This document shows positions 1-8,388 of a stretch of DNA of 35,280 nucleotides, piece after piece. The translations under genes and the position numbers were made by a program. Under the pieces are notes generated by a model, which had not been told where the DNA came from, did not search any database, and was given only the letters and a program-made list of their open reading frames with translations. Origin of the DNA: an uncultured Candidatus Saccharibacteria bacterium (GTDB lineage Bacteria; Patescibacteriota; Minisyncoccia; Phycocordibacterales; UBA2100); contig CAYGKV010000007.1 of NCBI GenBank assembly GCA_964350885.1, forward strand, positions 1 to 35,280. The letters are read 5' to 3'. Each line of letters starts with the position of its first letter. Position 1 is the stretch's first letter.

Positions 1-1
1 G

Positions 2-421
2 CGCTATGGGGAGGTGGGAGATGTGGCGCGGAAGCTCGCGCGCGAGCTTCCGCGCGGCAAGCTTACTCTTATCGTCCCCAAGAAGATAAGTTTCGATTCG
101 GGAATTTGCCGAGACATTTCAACATTTGGTTTTCGTATTCCTGACAATATATTCTGCATGGCCCTCTCGCGAGTGTTTGATGGGCCGATCACAGCGACGA
201 GCGCAAACAGAAGCGGCGAAAAGCCTGAACGAACTGTCGAGAAAATACTTAAACAGCTTGGTGGTAGTGCATCGGGTATTGATCTTGTCGTTGACGCAGG
301 CGAATTGCCACCCCGAGAACCATCTACCGTTGTGGATATCACTAATGTCAGCCCTCTTATTGTGAGGGAAGGCGGCATTTCTGCCCCCGAGGTATGGAAT
401 GTAGTACGCGATGAGTCCTAA
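2..421 (+). CDS. tsaC: L-threonylcarbamoyladenylate synthase (TsaC/YrdC/Sua5 fold), C-terminal part; the 5' end lies outside the window
   Basis: The frame of ORF 14..421 stays open to the window edge. Motifs ITATSANRSGE and EPSTVVDIT are typical of the YrdC fold. Confidence 0.8.
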   Translation, partial: RYGEVGDVARKLARELPRGKLTLIVPKKISFDSGICRDISTFGFRIPDNIFCMALSRVFDGPITATSANRSGEKPERTVEKILKQLGGSASGIDLVVDAGELPPREPSTVVDITNVSPLIVREGGISAPEVWNVVRDES

Positions 422-500
422 AATGCCTTCGACACGGCTTCCTTGACTCCGTTTTTGCCTGGACTACACTGGCGGCATATCCTTAATTCTTTAGTGACGT

Positions 501-1013
501 ATGATGAACATGAACGATAGAACGAATCAGGCTGCAGCGGGTGTAGCAGTTGTCTTACTTATCATTGGTGCGTGGTACTTTGGCGGCATGCAGGCGAGAT
601 CTGGAGTAGAAGTTTCTCCCACAGAGACGACTGTGCAAAACGACGCAGACGCAAAGAAAGACTCTGATACCAAAAGTACATCAGCAGCGACACGGGTTTC
701 TGTGAGCGGAGAGGCGATAGTCGTCACAGATCAGCCAGCGGGCTCGAAGGTTGTCGTCGCCTCAGTTACCTTAAAAGAACGTGGGTGGATCGCCGTACGT
801 GATAACAATGGGCGCGTCTTGGGCGCGGGCCGGTTCGAGGCGGGGACGAGCAAAGATGTTGTCGTCGAGCTTCTCCGCGCAACGGTGTCCGGAGAAAAAT
901 ACCAAGTACTTCTCTATGTTGACGACGGTGACAATCAATACGATCTCCACAAGGATTCCCTCGTAATGAATGCCGATGCCAGTGTTGCCGGCACAACATT
1001 TAGCGCTCAATAA
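501..1013 (+). CDS. Hypothetical membrane-anchored/secreted protein
   Basis: 170-aa ATG ORF with an N-terminal hydrophobic anchor (AAAGVAVVLLIIGAWYFGG) followed by a beta-rich soluble domain. No catalytic motif recognised. Confidence 0.55.
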   Translation: MMNMNDRTNQAAAGVAVVLLIIGAWYFGGMQARSGVEVSPTETTVQNDADAKKDSDTKSTSAATRVSVSGEAIVVTDQPAGSKVVVASVTLKERGWIAVRDNNGRVLGAGRFEAGTSKDVVVELLRATVSGEKYQVLLYVDDGDNQYDLHKDSLVMNADASVAGTTFSAQ

Positions 1014-1019
1014 TTTGAG

Positions 1020-1634
1020 CTAGCTTTGTTTATTTTCGTCCGCAGCGCGCCAGAGGTACCACGATGCTACCGAGGCGTGTTTGCGCCACTCCTTTGCGAG
1101 CCTCTCCATCGTGATGGGGCTCGGGAGACTCTTGAGCCCATATATAATCTGAAAGCCTTTGCGAATACCTAGATCTCCCGTAGGAAGCACGTCGGGCCTG
1201 TTCAGAGTGAATATGAGAAACATGTGCACCGTCCAGACACCGATACCTTTGACCTGGGTGAGGTGCGCGACGACCTCTGCGCTTTCCATACGGTGAAGCG
1301 TTCGATGCCGTATAGTGCCGTCCGCGAATTTTTCCGCGAGGTCTCTGATATACGAAGATTTTTGGCCCGAGAGTCCTGCTGCACGCAGCTTTTCGATAGG
1401 GATTTTCAAAACCGCGTCTGGAGTAGGGAATTTCGCGTGGGGAAAGAGGGCGACGAAACGTCCATAGATTGTTTCTGCAGCGCGACCGGACACCTGTTGG
1501 TGGATTATAGAACGCACGAGTGCTTGAAAAGAGTTTTTGCCACGCTTCAAGTCAGGCACGCCGTGCTTTTTGATAAGCCGCGCGAAGCGCTTGTCGCGCC
1601 TGAGGATTTTGAGAGATTCAGAGATGTTTCTCAC
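1020..1634 (-). CDS. DNA-3-methyladenine glycosylase II-like HhH-GPD base-excision repair protein
   Basis: 204 aa. Contains a helix-hairpin-helix (LTQVKGIGVWTVHMFLIF) and a downstream conserved Asp context (LPTGDLGIRKG), typical of the AlkA/HhH-GPD family. Confidence 0.8.
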   Translation of the reverse strand: MRNISESLKILRRDKRFARLIKKHGVPDLKRGKNSFQALVRSIIHQQVSGRAAETIYGRFVALFPHAKFPTPDAVLKIPIEKLRAAGLSGQKSSYIRDLAEKFADGTIRHRTLHRMESAEVVAHLTQVKGIGVWTVHMFLIFTLNRPDVLPTGDLGIRKGFQIIYGLKSLPSPITMERLAKEWRKHASVASWYLWRAADENKQS

Positions 1635-1696
1635 ACTACATACTCTAATACACAGACCTATATTGCAACTGTACCTTTAGGTGTCACAATACGCGC

Positions 1697-2056
1697 ATGA
1701 GCATGGATGGCTTGCGGGGAATGGGGAATACACAGGAGACTCGGCTTGCTAATCGGCAGATAGAAGGTCGTGCGGCGGTACTGAATCTCGAAGATATGGC
1801 AGCTCAGTACAAGGCGCAGGCAGAACGGGTGCTTGAGGGGAAGGATGCCGACTCCACGACAATCGACTATGAAGTGGCGCGTTCCGCTGAGAAGGTTCAT
1901 TCTACGAAAGGATTAGAACGAAATGCGGCGCTTGAAAAACTTGTACGTGCCCTGAATTTTCCCAAACATAATATTCTCGATACGGTACCCGAAGAAGAAC
2001 GGATAGCCTTTGCGTTTGCGCTTGTGCAGGCATACCAGAGGCGCCAGCTGCACTAG
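1697..2056 (+). CDS. Hypothetical protein
   Basis: 119-aa ORF filling the gap between the glycosylase gene and tRNA-Glu. No recognisable motif. Confidence 0.4.
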   Translation: MSMDGLRGMGNTQETRLANRQIEGRAAVLNLEDMAAQYKAQAERVLEGKDADSTTIDYEVARSAEKVHSTKGLERNAALEKLVRALNFPKHNILDTVPEEERIAFAFALVQAYQRRQLH

Positions 2057-2060
2057 TTTT

Positions 2061-2132
2061 TGACCCTACCGGGAATCGAACCCGGGTTTTAAGCTTGAAA
2101 AGCTCACGTCCTAACCGTTAGACGATAGGGCC
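2061..2132 (-). tRNA. tRNA-Glu (anticodon UUC), no encoded CCA
   Basis: Reverse complement GGCCCTATCGTCTAACGGTTAGGACGTGAGCTTTTCAAGCTTAAAACCCGGGTTCGATTCCCGGTAGGGTCA folds as a 72-nt cloverleaf with anticodon loop TTTTCAA. Confidence 0.9.
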
Positions 2133-2237
2133 CTAAAGGACTGCGATTTGCAAGCAACCGCGTTGCTCTTGGGCAAATCGGGAGCCTTAGAGAGAAATAT
2201 AGCCTAAAATAGGAAAAAATGGTACTTTGTCACGACT

Positions 2238-2322
2238 GGAGAGGTGGCTGAGTGGTCGAAAGCACCGGTTTCGAAAACCGGCATACCGCAAGGTATCGGG
2301 AGTTCGAATCTCCCCCTCTCCG
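2238..2322 (+). tRNA. tRNA-Ser (anticodon CGA), class II long variable arm, no encoded CCA
   Basis: GGAGAGGTGGCTGAGTGG...CCGGTTTCGAAAACCGG...GGGAGTTCGAATCTCCCCCTCTCCG. Acceptor GGAGAGG/CCTCTCC, anticodon loop TTCGAAA. Confidence 0.9.
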
Positions 2323-2484
2323 AGCGAGCGTCGCGAGTGAGGAGAAGCGCGGTGCCTGCGCATCGTGTGTGGGGGATTCGAAAAGCGGAGCGATGTCGAG
2401 CCAGAAGGCGAGACCGCGAGCTGGGGCTGCGACCAAGGCGAGTGACGACGAGCCGAGAGTCGTGGCCGAATCTCCCCCTCTCCG
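2323..2484 (+). repeat. tRNA-3'-linked GC-rich module (Ser copy) ending in an 18-nt direct repeat of the tRNA-Ser T-loop-to-discriminator segment
   Basis: cgaatctccccctctccg occurs at 2305-2322 (inside the tRNA) and again at 2467-2484. The 144 nt between them share a core with the Leu(UAG) module (2369-2398 vs the reverse complement of 26121-26150, 27/30). Confidence 0.8.
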
Positions 2485-2533
2485 CCTAGGTGCTCGAGTA
2501 CTTTTTAGAGGGAAAGCTTAAAGACAAAAAGAA

Positions 2534-3541
2534 ATGGCACTTCAAAACACTGTAGGATTTCGGTCGGTCATAGCCGCGGTTATCGGCAACGCGATTGTTA
2601 CCGTTATAAAATTCTTTGCTGCCGCGGTTTCCGGATCGAGCTCAATGTTTTCGGAGGCAATACACAGTTTAGCGGACACCGCGAATCAGACGTTGCTTCT
2701 TGTCGGCTTGCGCCGTTCACTCAAAAAGGCGGATCAGGATTTTGGATACGGGTATGGTAACGAGCTTTCTTTTTGGGCCCTCATCTCCGCCTGCGGCATA
2801 TTCTTTGTCGGCGCAGGGGTGACGGCGTACTCGGGGGTCGCCTCTTTTCTGCATCCAGAAGCGATAGAGTTCTCATGGATCATTGTCGGCGTACTTATTA
2901 CCGCCTTCGTAATAGAATCATATACGTTGTGGGTCGCCGTCTCTCAGTTAAAAAAGACGTTCCCAAGAATGCGGTGGGCGAAACGGATTGCGCGAGCAGA
3001 CCCCTCCACGCTCGCAGTGTTCCTTGAGGATTCGGTCGCAGTCCTCGGCGTGTTCATTGCGTCTGTCAGCATCGGGCTTTCATATTACACAGGGGTGCCC
3101 ATCTGGGACGCTATTGGCTCCATCATCATTTCCGCGCTCCTTGGCATCGTCGCCATCATACTCATCGTGAAGAATCGTTCCTACCTTCTCGGCCGCGCGA
3201 TACCAGAAGCACTGCAGGAGGAGCTCATCGAGTTGCTTCAAAGTGAGCCAGCGATAGAAAAAGTCGTCGATTTCAAATCGGTCGTGCTTGGTTTTGGGGT
3301 GTACCGCATTAAGTGCGAGGTGGAGTTTAACGGCGCGGCGCTTTTGGGAGAGGCATACCAACAGGAAGCGCTTCGCGACCAATTCGAGGAGATTCGGGAG
3401 GACTATGAAGCGTTCAAACGATTTTCCGCAGACTATGCCGATCGCATTCCGCGCTTGATGGGCAAGAAGATAGACGAGATAGAAGAGCGTATCAAAAAGC
3501 TGCATCCGGGCATTCGGCACATTGATATCGAGATCAATTGA
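2534..3541 (+). CDS. Cation diffusion facilitator (CDF) family metal efflux transporter
   Basis: 335 aa with a six-TM N-domain and a charged cytoplasmic C-domain. The HSLADTANQ motif is typical of the CDF TM2 region. Confidence 0.85.
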   Translation: MALQNTVGFRSVIAAVIGNAIVTVIKFFAAAVSGSSSMFSEAIHSLADTANQTLLLVGLRRSLKKADQDFGYGYGNELSFWALISACGIFFVGAGVTAYSGVASFLHPEAIEFSWIIVGVLITAFVIESYTLWVAVSQLKKTFPRMRWAKRIARADPSTLAVFLEDSVAVLGVFIASVSIGLSYYTGVPIWDAIGSIIISALLGIVAIILIVKNRSYLLGRAIPEALQEELIELLQSEPAIEKVVDFKSVVLGFGVYRIKCEVEFNGAALLGEAYQQEALRDQFEEIREDYEAFKRFSADYADRIPRLMGKKIDEIEERIKKLHPGIRHIDIEIN

Positions 3542-3611
3542 TGCATGTGGTTCGCGCGTCCCATTGTGTAGTATCCTCACGCCCCTCATGATGTCATGGT
3601 AAAGTTCCCCT

Positions 3612-3878
3612 GTGATTGAAATTGCCGACGTGTTTGGGTATGCCGGTATGGTGACTGGCGTTTCTTTTATGCTTCCGCAAGTCTACATGACCTACAAGAC
3701 AAAAAGCGTCGAAGATATTTCTTGGGGAATGCTCGTCGTGTTTTTTCTCAATTGCATCTTTTGGCTCATATACGGCCACCTCTCTGGCGCATTTCCGGTG
3801 GTGATCACCAATGGCATTGCGTTGCTCGTAACCACACTCCAAATCTCACTCAAGATTTTGTATAGAAATAACCCTTAA
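3612..3878 (+). CDS. SemiSWEET / PQ-loop (MtN3-like) three-TM transporter
   Basis: 88 aa, GTG start, three hydrophobic helices, PQ motif (MLPQVYMTYKTKS). Confidence 0.7.
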   Translation: MIEIADVFGYAGMVTGVSFMLPQVYMTYKTKSVEDISWGMLVVFFLNCIFWLIYGHLSGAFPVVITNGIALLVTTLQISLKILYRNNP

Positions 3879-3887
3879 CCACAGAGT

Positions 3888-4484
3888 ATGTACGACTACC
3901 AAATCGCGCTCGGCGCAATAGCGTCGGGTATAGGAATATTGGCTTTCGTCCCGTATTTTCGAGACATTATTCGTGGCACAACGAAGCCGCACCCTTTTTC
4001 GTGGCTTGTGTGGGGGTTGATCCACGTCATTGCATTTTTTGCGCAAGTATCGAGCGGGGGAGGAGCGGGCACATGGCTCACGGCTTCTGTGGCAATCGGC
4101 TGTCTGGTGATCGCGGCACTCTCTTTCTTTCGCGGTAAGGACGGCATCGTCGCGCTTGATTGGTGGTGTCTTATCGGCGCACTGCTCGGCGTAGTGCTGT
4201 GGCAAGTAACCAACAATCCATTTACCGCGATTATTTTTGTGATCCTCACCGACGCACTCGCTTGCGTGCCGACCTTTCGCAAGGGGTACCTGAAGCCCAA
4301 TGAAGAGACGGTTCTCACGTATGGCATCGGCGTACTCGCAAACATCCTCGCGCTTTTCGCCTTTGAATCCATCAATCCCACCACCGTCCTCTACCCCATA
4401 TTTATCGTCGTCATAAACATAGCTCTTGTCGCTATGCTTTTGATCCGCCGGAAGCAGTTGGCGCGGTCAATGATTGCCGATTGA
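3888..4484 (+). CDS. Hypothetical polytopic membrane protein (about 6 TM)
   Basis: 198 aa, highly hydrophobic, starts 10 nt after the SemiSWEET stop. Family not recognised. Confidence 0.6.
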   Translation: MYDYQIALGAIASGIGILAFVPYFRDIIRGTTKPHPFSWLVWGLIHVIAFFAQVSSGGGAGTWLTASVAIGCLVIAALSFFRGKDGIVALDWWCLIGALLGVVLWQVTNNPFTAIIFVILTDALACVPTFRKGYLKPNEETVLTYGIGVLANILALFAFESINPTTVLYPIFIVVINIALVAMLLIRRKQLARSMIAD

Positions 4485-4510
4485 GTGCGGAGAGGGTAGT
4501 ATGAAGCGCA

Positions 4511-5338
4511 ATGAGTCGGAATTTTCGGGAGCTTCTGGAAAAACAGTGGGAGCAAGGAAGATTTTTGTGCGTGGGGCTTGATAGCGATTTTGAAAAAATC
4601 CCCGAATCAGCACGGGGTAAGGGAGTCCGCGAGACCATCGTCGGATTCAACCGCGCCATCGTGGATGCGACCAAAGACCTTGTATGCGCCTACAAGCCCA
4701 ATTCCTCGTTTTATGAGGCGTATGGAGATGAGGGTTTTAGCGCTCTCCGAGAAACGATCCAATATATCCACGAAGCAGCACCTGATGTTCCGGTCATTTT
4801 AGATGCTAAGCGCGGAGATATCGGAAATACAAACAACGGGTACGTTCAATCCGCGTTCGATTACTTGCATGCGGACGCGATAACGGTGCAGCCATATATG
4901 GGAGGGGAATCACTCAAAGAATTTCTTGCGCGTGAAGAAAAAGGGATCTTTGTATTGTGCAAAAATTCCAATTCTGGCTCGGGAGAGTTTCAGGATCTTG
5001 AGGTGGATGGGCGTCCTCTCTTTGTTCATGTTGCGCGTGCGTTTGCAGAAAAATGGAACACGAATCAAAATTGCGGGCTTGTCGTTGGCGCCACGTACCC
5101 TGCGGATATCAAGCGCGTCCGTGAAGTAGCTCCAGAGATGCCGCTTCTTATACCAGGAATCGGAGTGCAGGGGGGAGATTTGGAGCAATCCGTTAAAAAT
5201 GGGAAGGACGCGCGCGGCAGAGGGTTTATTATCTCTACGGCGCGAACGATCATTTATGCGTCCAACGGTCCTGATTTTGCAGAGGCCGCTCGCAAGAAAG
5301 CCACAGAGCTTGATAGCGCAATACGCGCGGTGTTCTGA
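4511..5338 (+). CDS. pyrF: Orotidine 5'-phosphate decarboxylase (long/type 2 form)
   Basis: 275 aa with LCVGLD and DAKRGDIGNT active-site motifs. Confidence 0.9.
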   Translation: MSRNFRELLEKQWEQGRFLCVGLDSDFEKIPESARGKGVRETIVGFNRAIVDATKDLVCAYKPNSSFYEAYGDEGFSALRETIQYIHEAAPDVPVILDAKRGDIGNTNNGYVQSAFDYLHADAITVQPYMGGESLKEFLAREEKGIFVLCKNSNSGSGEFQDLEVDGRPLFVHVARAFAEKWNTNQNCGLVVGATYPADIKRVREVAPEMPLLIPGIGVQGGDLEQSVKNGKDARGRGFIISTARTIIYASNGPDFAEAARKKATELDSAIRAVF

Positions 5339-5430
5339 AAAGCTTCGCTTTTACTGCTTGCGTCACTCGGCAATGAATACACACACGTCTTCATTGCGCT
5401 CGTTATCCTCAGCAGATAAGATACTTCGAT

Positions 5431-6057
5431 ATGACTGAAGATGAAGTACTCGAGCTTTTGCAAAATGTCGGGGCATTTCGCGCTGGCCACTTCGTTTTGA
5501 CCTCGGGAAGGCACGCCGATTCGTATATTCTCAAAGATGCGATATATACTTTTACACGCGAGACATCGCGCGTCTGCCGCGAGATGGCCGAACGGTTCAA
5601 GGATGCAAACGTTGAGGTAGTCATTGGGCCCGCCATCGGTGCTGCGATCCTTTCGCAATGGACGGCATTTCATCTCTCGGAGATCACAGGTCGCGAGGTC
5701 TTCGCCGTATATGCAGATAAGGATGGAAAGGGGGGATTCATAATCAAGCGTGGATACGACAAGGTGATGAAAGGTAAACGGACTCTCGTTGTTGAAGATC
5801 TGACAACGACCGGGGGGTCTGTCGCAAAGGTAGTCGAAGCTTCGCGTGCTGTGGGAGCAGACGTGGCAGGAGCCATCGCCCTCGTAAATCGCGGCGACGT
5901 AACAAAGGAGCAGGTGGGTAATCCTCCCCTCTTCGATCAGCTTCTTCGCGTGCACCTCGATTCGTGGGAAGAGAGTAGTTGCGAGCTGTGCGAGAAGGGG
6001 ATTCCCGTCAATATTGATATAGGCCACGGGAAGGAATTTTTGGCAAGGAAACGATAG
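5431..6057 (+). CDS. pyrE: Orotate phosphoribosyltransferase
   Basis: 208 aa. HFVLTSGRHADSY and the PRPP-binding loop TLVVEDLTTTGGS. Adjacent to pyrF. Confidence 0.88.
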   Translation: MTEDEVLELLQNVGAFRAGHFVLTSGRHADSYILKDAIYTFTRETSRVCREMAERFKDANVEVVIGPAIGAAILSQWTAFHLSEITGREVFAVYADKDGKGGFIIKRGYDKVMKGKRTLVVEDLTTTGGSVAKVVEASRAVGADVAGAIALVNRGDVTKEQVGNPPLFDQLLRVHLDSWEESSCELCEKGIPVNIDIGHGKEFLARKR

Positions 6058-6110
6058 GCCCTTGCCATAGTATAATCGCACGCATACTAGCCACTTTATT
6101 TTTTAAATAC

Positions 6111-6590
6111 ATGAAACAGATTATAGGGATAGCAGTAGCGATAGTAGTTCTGGGCGGCGCATATTGGTGGTGGCAAGATTCGCAGTCACCCGCGATGGAG
6201 AATGGACCAGTAGCAGGTGGTGTTGAGCAGACGATGCCGGTTCCTGGCAGCGATACACCTGAGATGATCGTTACAGAGCCAATGACCGCAACGATAACAT
6301 ACAGTGCCGAAGGATTCTCTCCGAAAGAGATAACTATAAAGAAGGGAGGTACGGTGACATGGAAGAATGAAAGTGGGATAAAAATGTGGGTCGCATCGGC
6401 AATGCACCCTTCTCATATCGTCTATTCGGGCACGTCGCGTCAGGAGCACTGCCCCGACACGGCGAATACCTCGTTCGACCAATGTGCGGGTGGCGATGAT
6501 TATTCGTTCACCTTCGATAAGGCGGGAGCATGGGGTTATCACGATCACAACAACGCGAATTTCTTCGGCAAAGTGAACGTCATCGAATAG
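6111..6590 (+). CDS. Membrane-anchored cupredoxin-like domain protein
   Basis: 159 aa with an N-terminal anchor. The ITIKKGGTVTWKNES beta-sandwich start and His/Cys-rich ligand-like motifs (HPSH, HCPD, YHDH) fit a cupredoxin-like fold. Called by eye. Confidence 0.6.
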   Translation: MKQIIGIAVAIVVLGGAYWWWQDSQSPAMENGPVAGGVEQTMPVPGSDTPEMIVTEPMTATITYSAEGFSPKEITIKKGGTVTWKNESGIKMWVASAMHPSHIVYSGTSRQEHCPDTANTSFDQCAGGDDYSFTFDKAGAWGYHDHNNANFFGKVNVIE

Positions 6591-6591
6591 C

Positions 6592-6981
6592 ATGAGCGCT
6601 GAGAAAGCGGCGTACCTGTCTTTACGCGTCGGAGCAGCGTTTGCCTTCCTCTATCCGCCGATAAATGCGCTCGTCGATCCATATTCGTGGATAGGGTACT
6701 TTCCGTTTTTTGTAAAAGGGTATGTGCCCGATGAAGTGCTCCTGCACGCCTTTGGTGCGGTAGAGATTGTGCTCGCGCTCTGGATACTCTCCGGGTGGAG
6801 GATATTCTGGCCCTCGGTCGCCGCAACGGCAATGCTTCTTGGGATAGTTGTCTTTAATCCTGCGAATTTCCAAGTGCTTTTCCGGGATCTCTCGATTGCC
6901 GCGATGACCTTCTCGCTCGTTGTGATAAGCTATGGCGATGAGCGAAGAAGGCTTGGATTTTCCGGAAGAACTGAAGCTTAA
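6592..6981 (+). CDS. Small DoxX-like integral membrane protein
   Basis: 129 aa with four hydrophobic segments. Starts 1 nt after the cupredoxin-like stop, suggesting a coupled pair. The 3' end overlaps the next gene by 50 nt. Confidence 0.55.
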   Translation: MSAEKAAYLSLRVGAAFAFLYPPINALVDPYSWIGYFPFFVKGYVPDEVLLHAFGAVEIVLALWILSGWRIFWPSVAATAMLLGIVVFNPANFQVLFRDLSIAAMTFSLVVISYGDERRRLGFSGRTEA

Positions 6982-7912
6982 TCTCAAGCGTACCGAGGTC
7001 TTGCGCTACGGAGAGAATCCGCACCAACGTGCTGCCCTTTATATCGACCCACGAGATACGCGCCCGGGTGTAGCAACTGCGCGCAAGGTGCAGGGGAAAG
7101 AGCTGAGCTACAACAACCTGCAGGATGCTGATGCGGCGTTTGAGTGCGTCGCAGAATTCGAAGAGCCGGCGGCTGTTATCGTGAAGCATATGAATCCCTG
7201 TGGTGTTGCTGTCGGTGAAAATGTGCACGATGCATATCTCCGCGCCTTCGCGTGTGACACCGTCTCTGCTTTTGGCGGCATCGTCGCCCTGAATTCCACG
7301 CTCACTGCTGAGCTTGCTACCGAATTGGTAAAAATATTTCTTGAAGTAGTGATCGCCCCGGACGCAGAAGACGAAGCGCTTGCGATTCTTTCCGTAAAAC
7401 CAAACGTCCGCGTCTTGTTGACGGGCTCGATGCCGAACCCTTCCGAGAAGCGAGTAATGATGCGCTCGATTGCCGGGGGATTACTGGTGCAGGAAGCCGA
7501 TGCCATGGTATTTAATGGAGAAGTAAAGACAGTCACCAAGCGTGCTCCGACGGAGAAAGAGCTGCCCGATATGATTTTTGCCTTCACGGTCTGCAAACAC
7601 GTTAAATCAAATACAATCGTGTACGCGAAAGACGGTGCGACTCTCGGCATTGGCGCGGGGCAGATGAGTCGCATTTATTCTGCGAAAATTGCCGCGCAGA
7701 AGGCGCAGGATTCAAACATATCTCTTAAGGGGTCAGTCATGGCCTCCGATGCCTTCATGCCGTTTCCCGATTGTGTGCAGGAGGCTGCGGCAGTAGGTGC
7801 GACGGCAATAATACAACCCGGCGGCTCGCAAAAGGATCAAGATTCAATAGACGCAGCCGATGCTGCGAATATCGCGATGGTCTTTACCGGTATCCGGCAT
7901 TTTAGGCATTAA
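6932..7912 (+). CDS. purH: AICAR transformylase domain protein (PurH C-terminal domain only; no MGS/IMP cyclohydrolase domain)
   Basis: 326 aa. [14 protein letters not shown] lies about 24 aa from the N-terminus. [22 protein letters not shown] and ASDAFMPF...QPGGS are AICARFT motifs. Confidence 0.85.
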   Translation: MAMSEEGLDFPEELKLNLKRTEVLRYGENPHQRAALYIDPRDTRPGVATARKVQGKELSYNNLQDADAAFECVAEFEEPAAVIVKHMNPCGVAVGENVHDAYLRAFACDTVSAFGGIVALNSTLTAELATELVKIFLEVVIAPDAEDEALAILSVKPNVRVLLTGSMPNPSEKRVMMRSIAGGLLVQEADAMVFNGEVKTVTKRAPTEKELPDMIFAFTVCKHVKSNTIVYAKDGATLGIGAGQMSRIYSAKIAAQKAQDSNISLKGSVMASDAFMPFPDCVQEAAAVGATAIIQPGGSQKDQDSIDAADAANIAMVFTGIRHFRH

Positions 7913-7920
7913 AGTAGAAT

Positions 7921-7944
7921 GCCGCCCCATTACCCGGGGGCGGC
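7921..7944. terminator. GC-rich hairpin between convergent genes (possible bidirectional terminator)
   Basis: gccgcccc(7921-7928)...ggggcggc(7937-7944) forms a perfect 8-bp stem. No clear U-run. Confidence 0.35.
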
Positions 7945-7952
7945 GACGGGTG

Positions 7953-8351
7953 TCAACGAGTGTTGAAGACGACGACAGGCCCCTCTCTTAGGTGCTTTGG
8001 CGTATGACTCCGCCAGAACTCGATGGCTTGTTTAATCGTGCATCCAGCGAGGATGCTTTTTGGAGACTCCTCCTCGAGCGCCGTCTCTACATTAGAGTAT
8101 GTCTTGACGGAGGTCACTGTAGTCCCAAACTTTCCGCCGTTGACGTCAACCAGGATTGAGTGGCCCTGAATGTCATCGACGTGTCTCGTCTTGGGGACGA
8201 CGATTATCTTTGCCCTCCCATTTCCTAGGTGTTCACACACTGCCCGTGGCAGTGAGAGGCGGATTTTTCTCAAGGCACTTCTCCCTATTATTTGGAAGGG
8301 AACCGTCCCCTCCTCTTGGAGAAATGTATCTCTAATAGGCAAATAAGCCAA
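7953..8351 (-). CDS. Hypothetical protein
   Basis: 132-aa ORF with no overlap to neighbours. No motif recognised. Confidence 0.45.
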   Translation of the reverse strand: MAYLPIRDTFLQEEGTVPFQIIGRSALRKIRLSLPRAVCEHLGNGRAKIIVVPKTRHVDDIQGHSILVDVNGGKFGTTVTSVKTYSNVETALEEESPKSILAGCTIKQAIEFWRSHTPKHLREGPVVVFNTR

Positions 8352-8388
8352 GTCTTTTGGAGGATACGTTTCAGATATCAGCCAAACC

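Noticed and set aside
2323-2466. Modules as decayed tandem duplicate tRNA genes (the 5' part gtgaGGAGAAG / gtgaGACAGAAG faintly resembles the 5' acceptor strands GGAGAGG / GGGCAGA)
   Set aside because: The interiors (116-177 nt) are longer than a tRNA. I could not fold them into a cloverleaf, and they resemble each other more than their cognate tRNAs. This remains an alternative to test, not a call.
2467-2484. Terminal 18-nt tRNA copies as retroelement primer-binding sites
   Set aside because: A PBS is complementary to the tRNA 3' end and includes CCA. These copies are in the same sense as the tRNA, stop at the discriminator, and no reverse transcriptase is nearby.
5254-6081. 275-aa minus-strand ORF
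   Set aside because: It is antisense to pyrE, whose PRPP-binding motif is clear, and overlaps the pyrF end. It has no motifs and is a shadow ORF.
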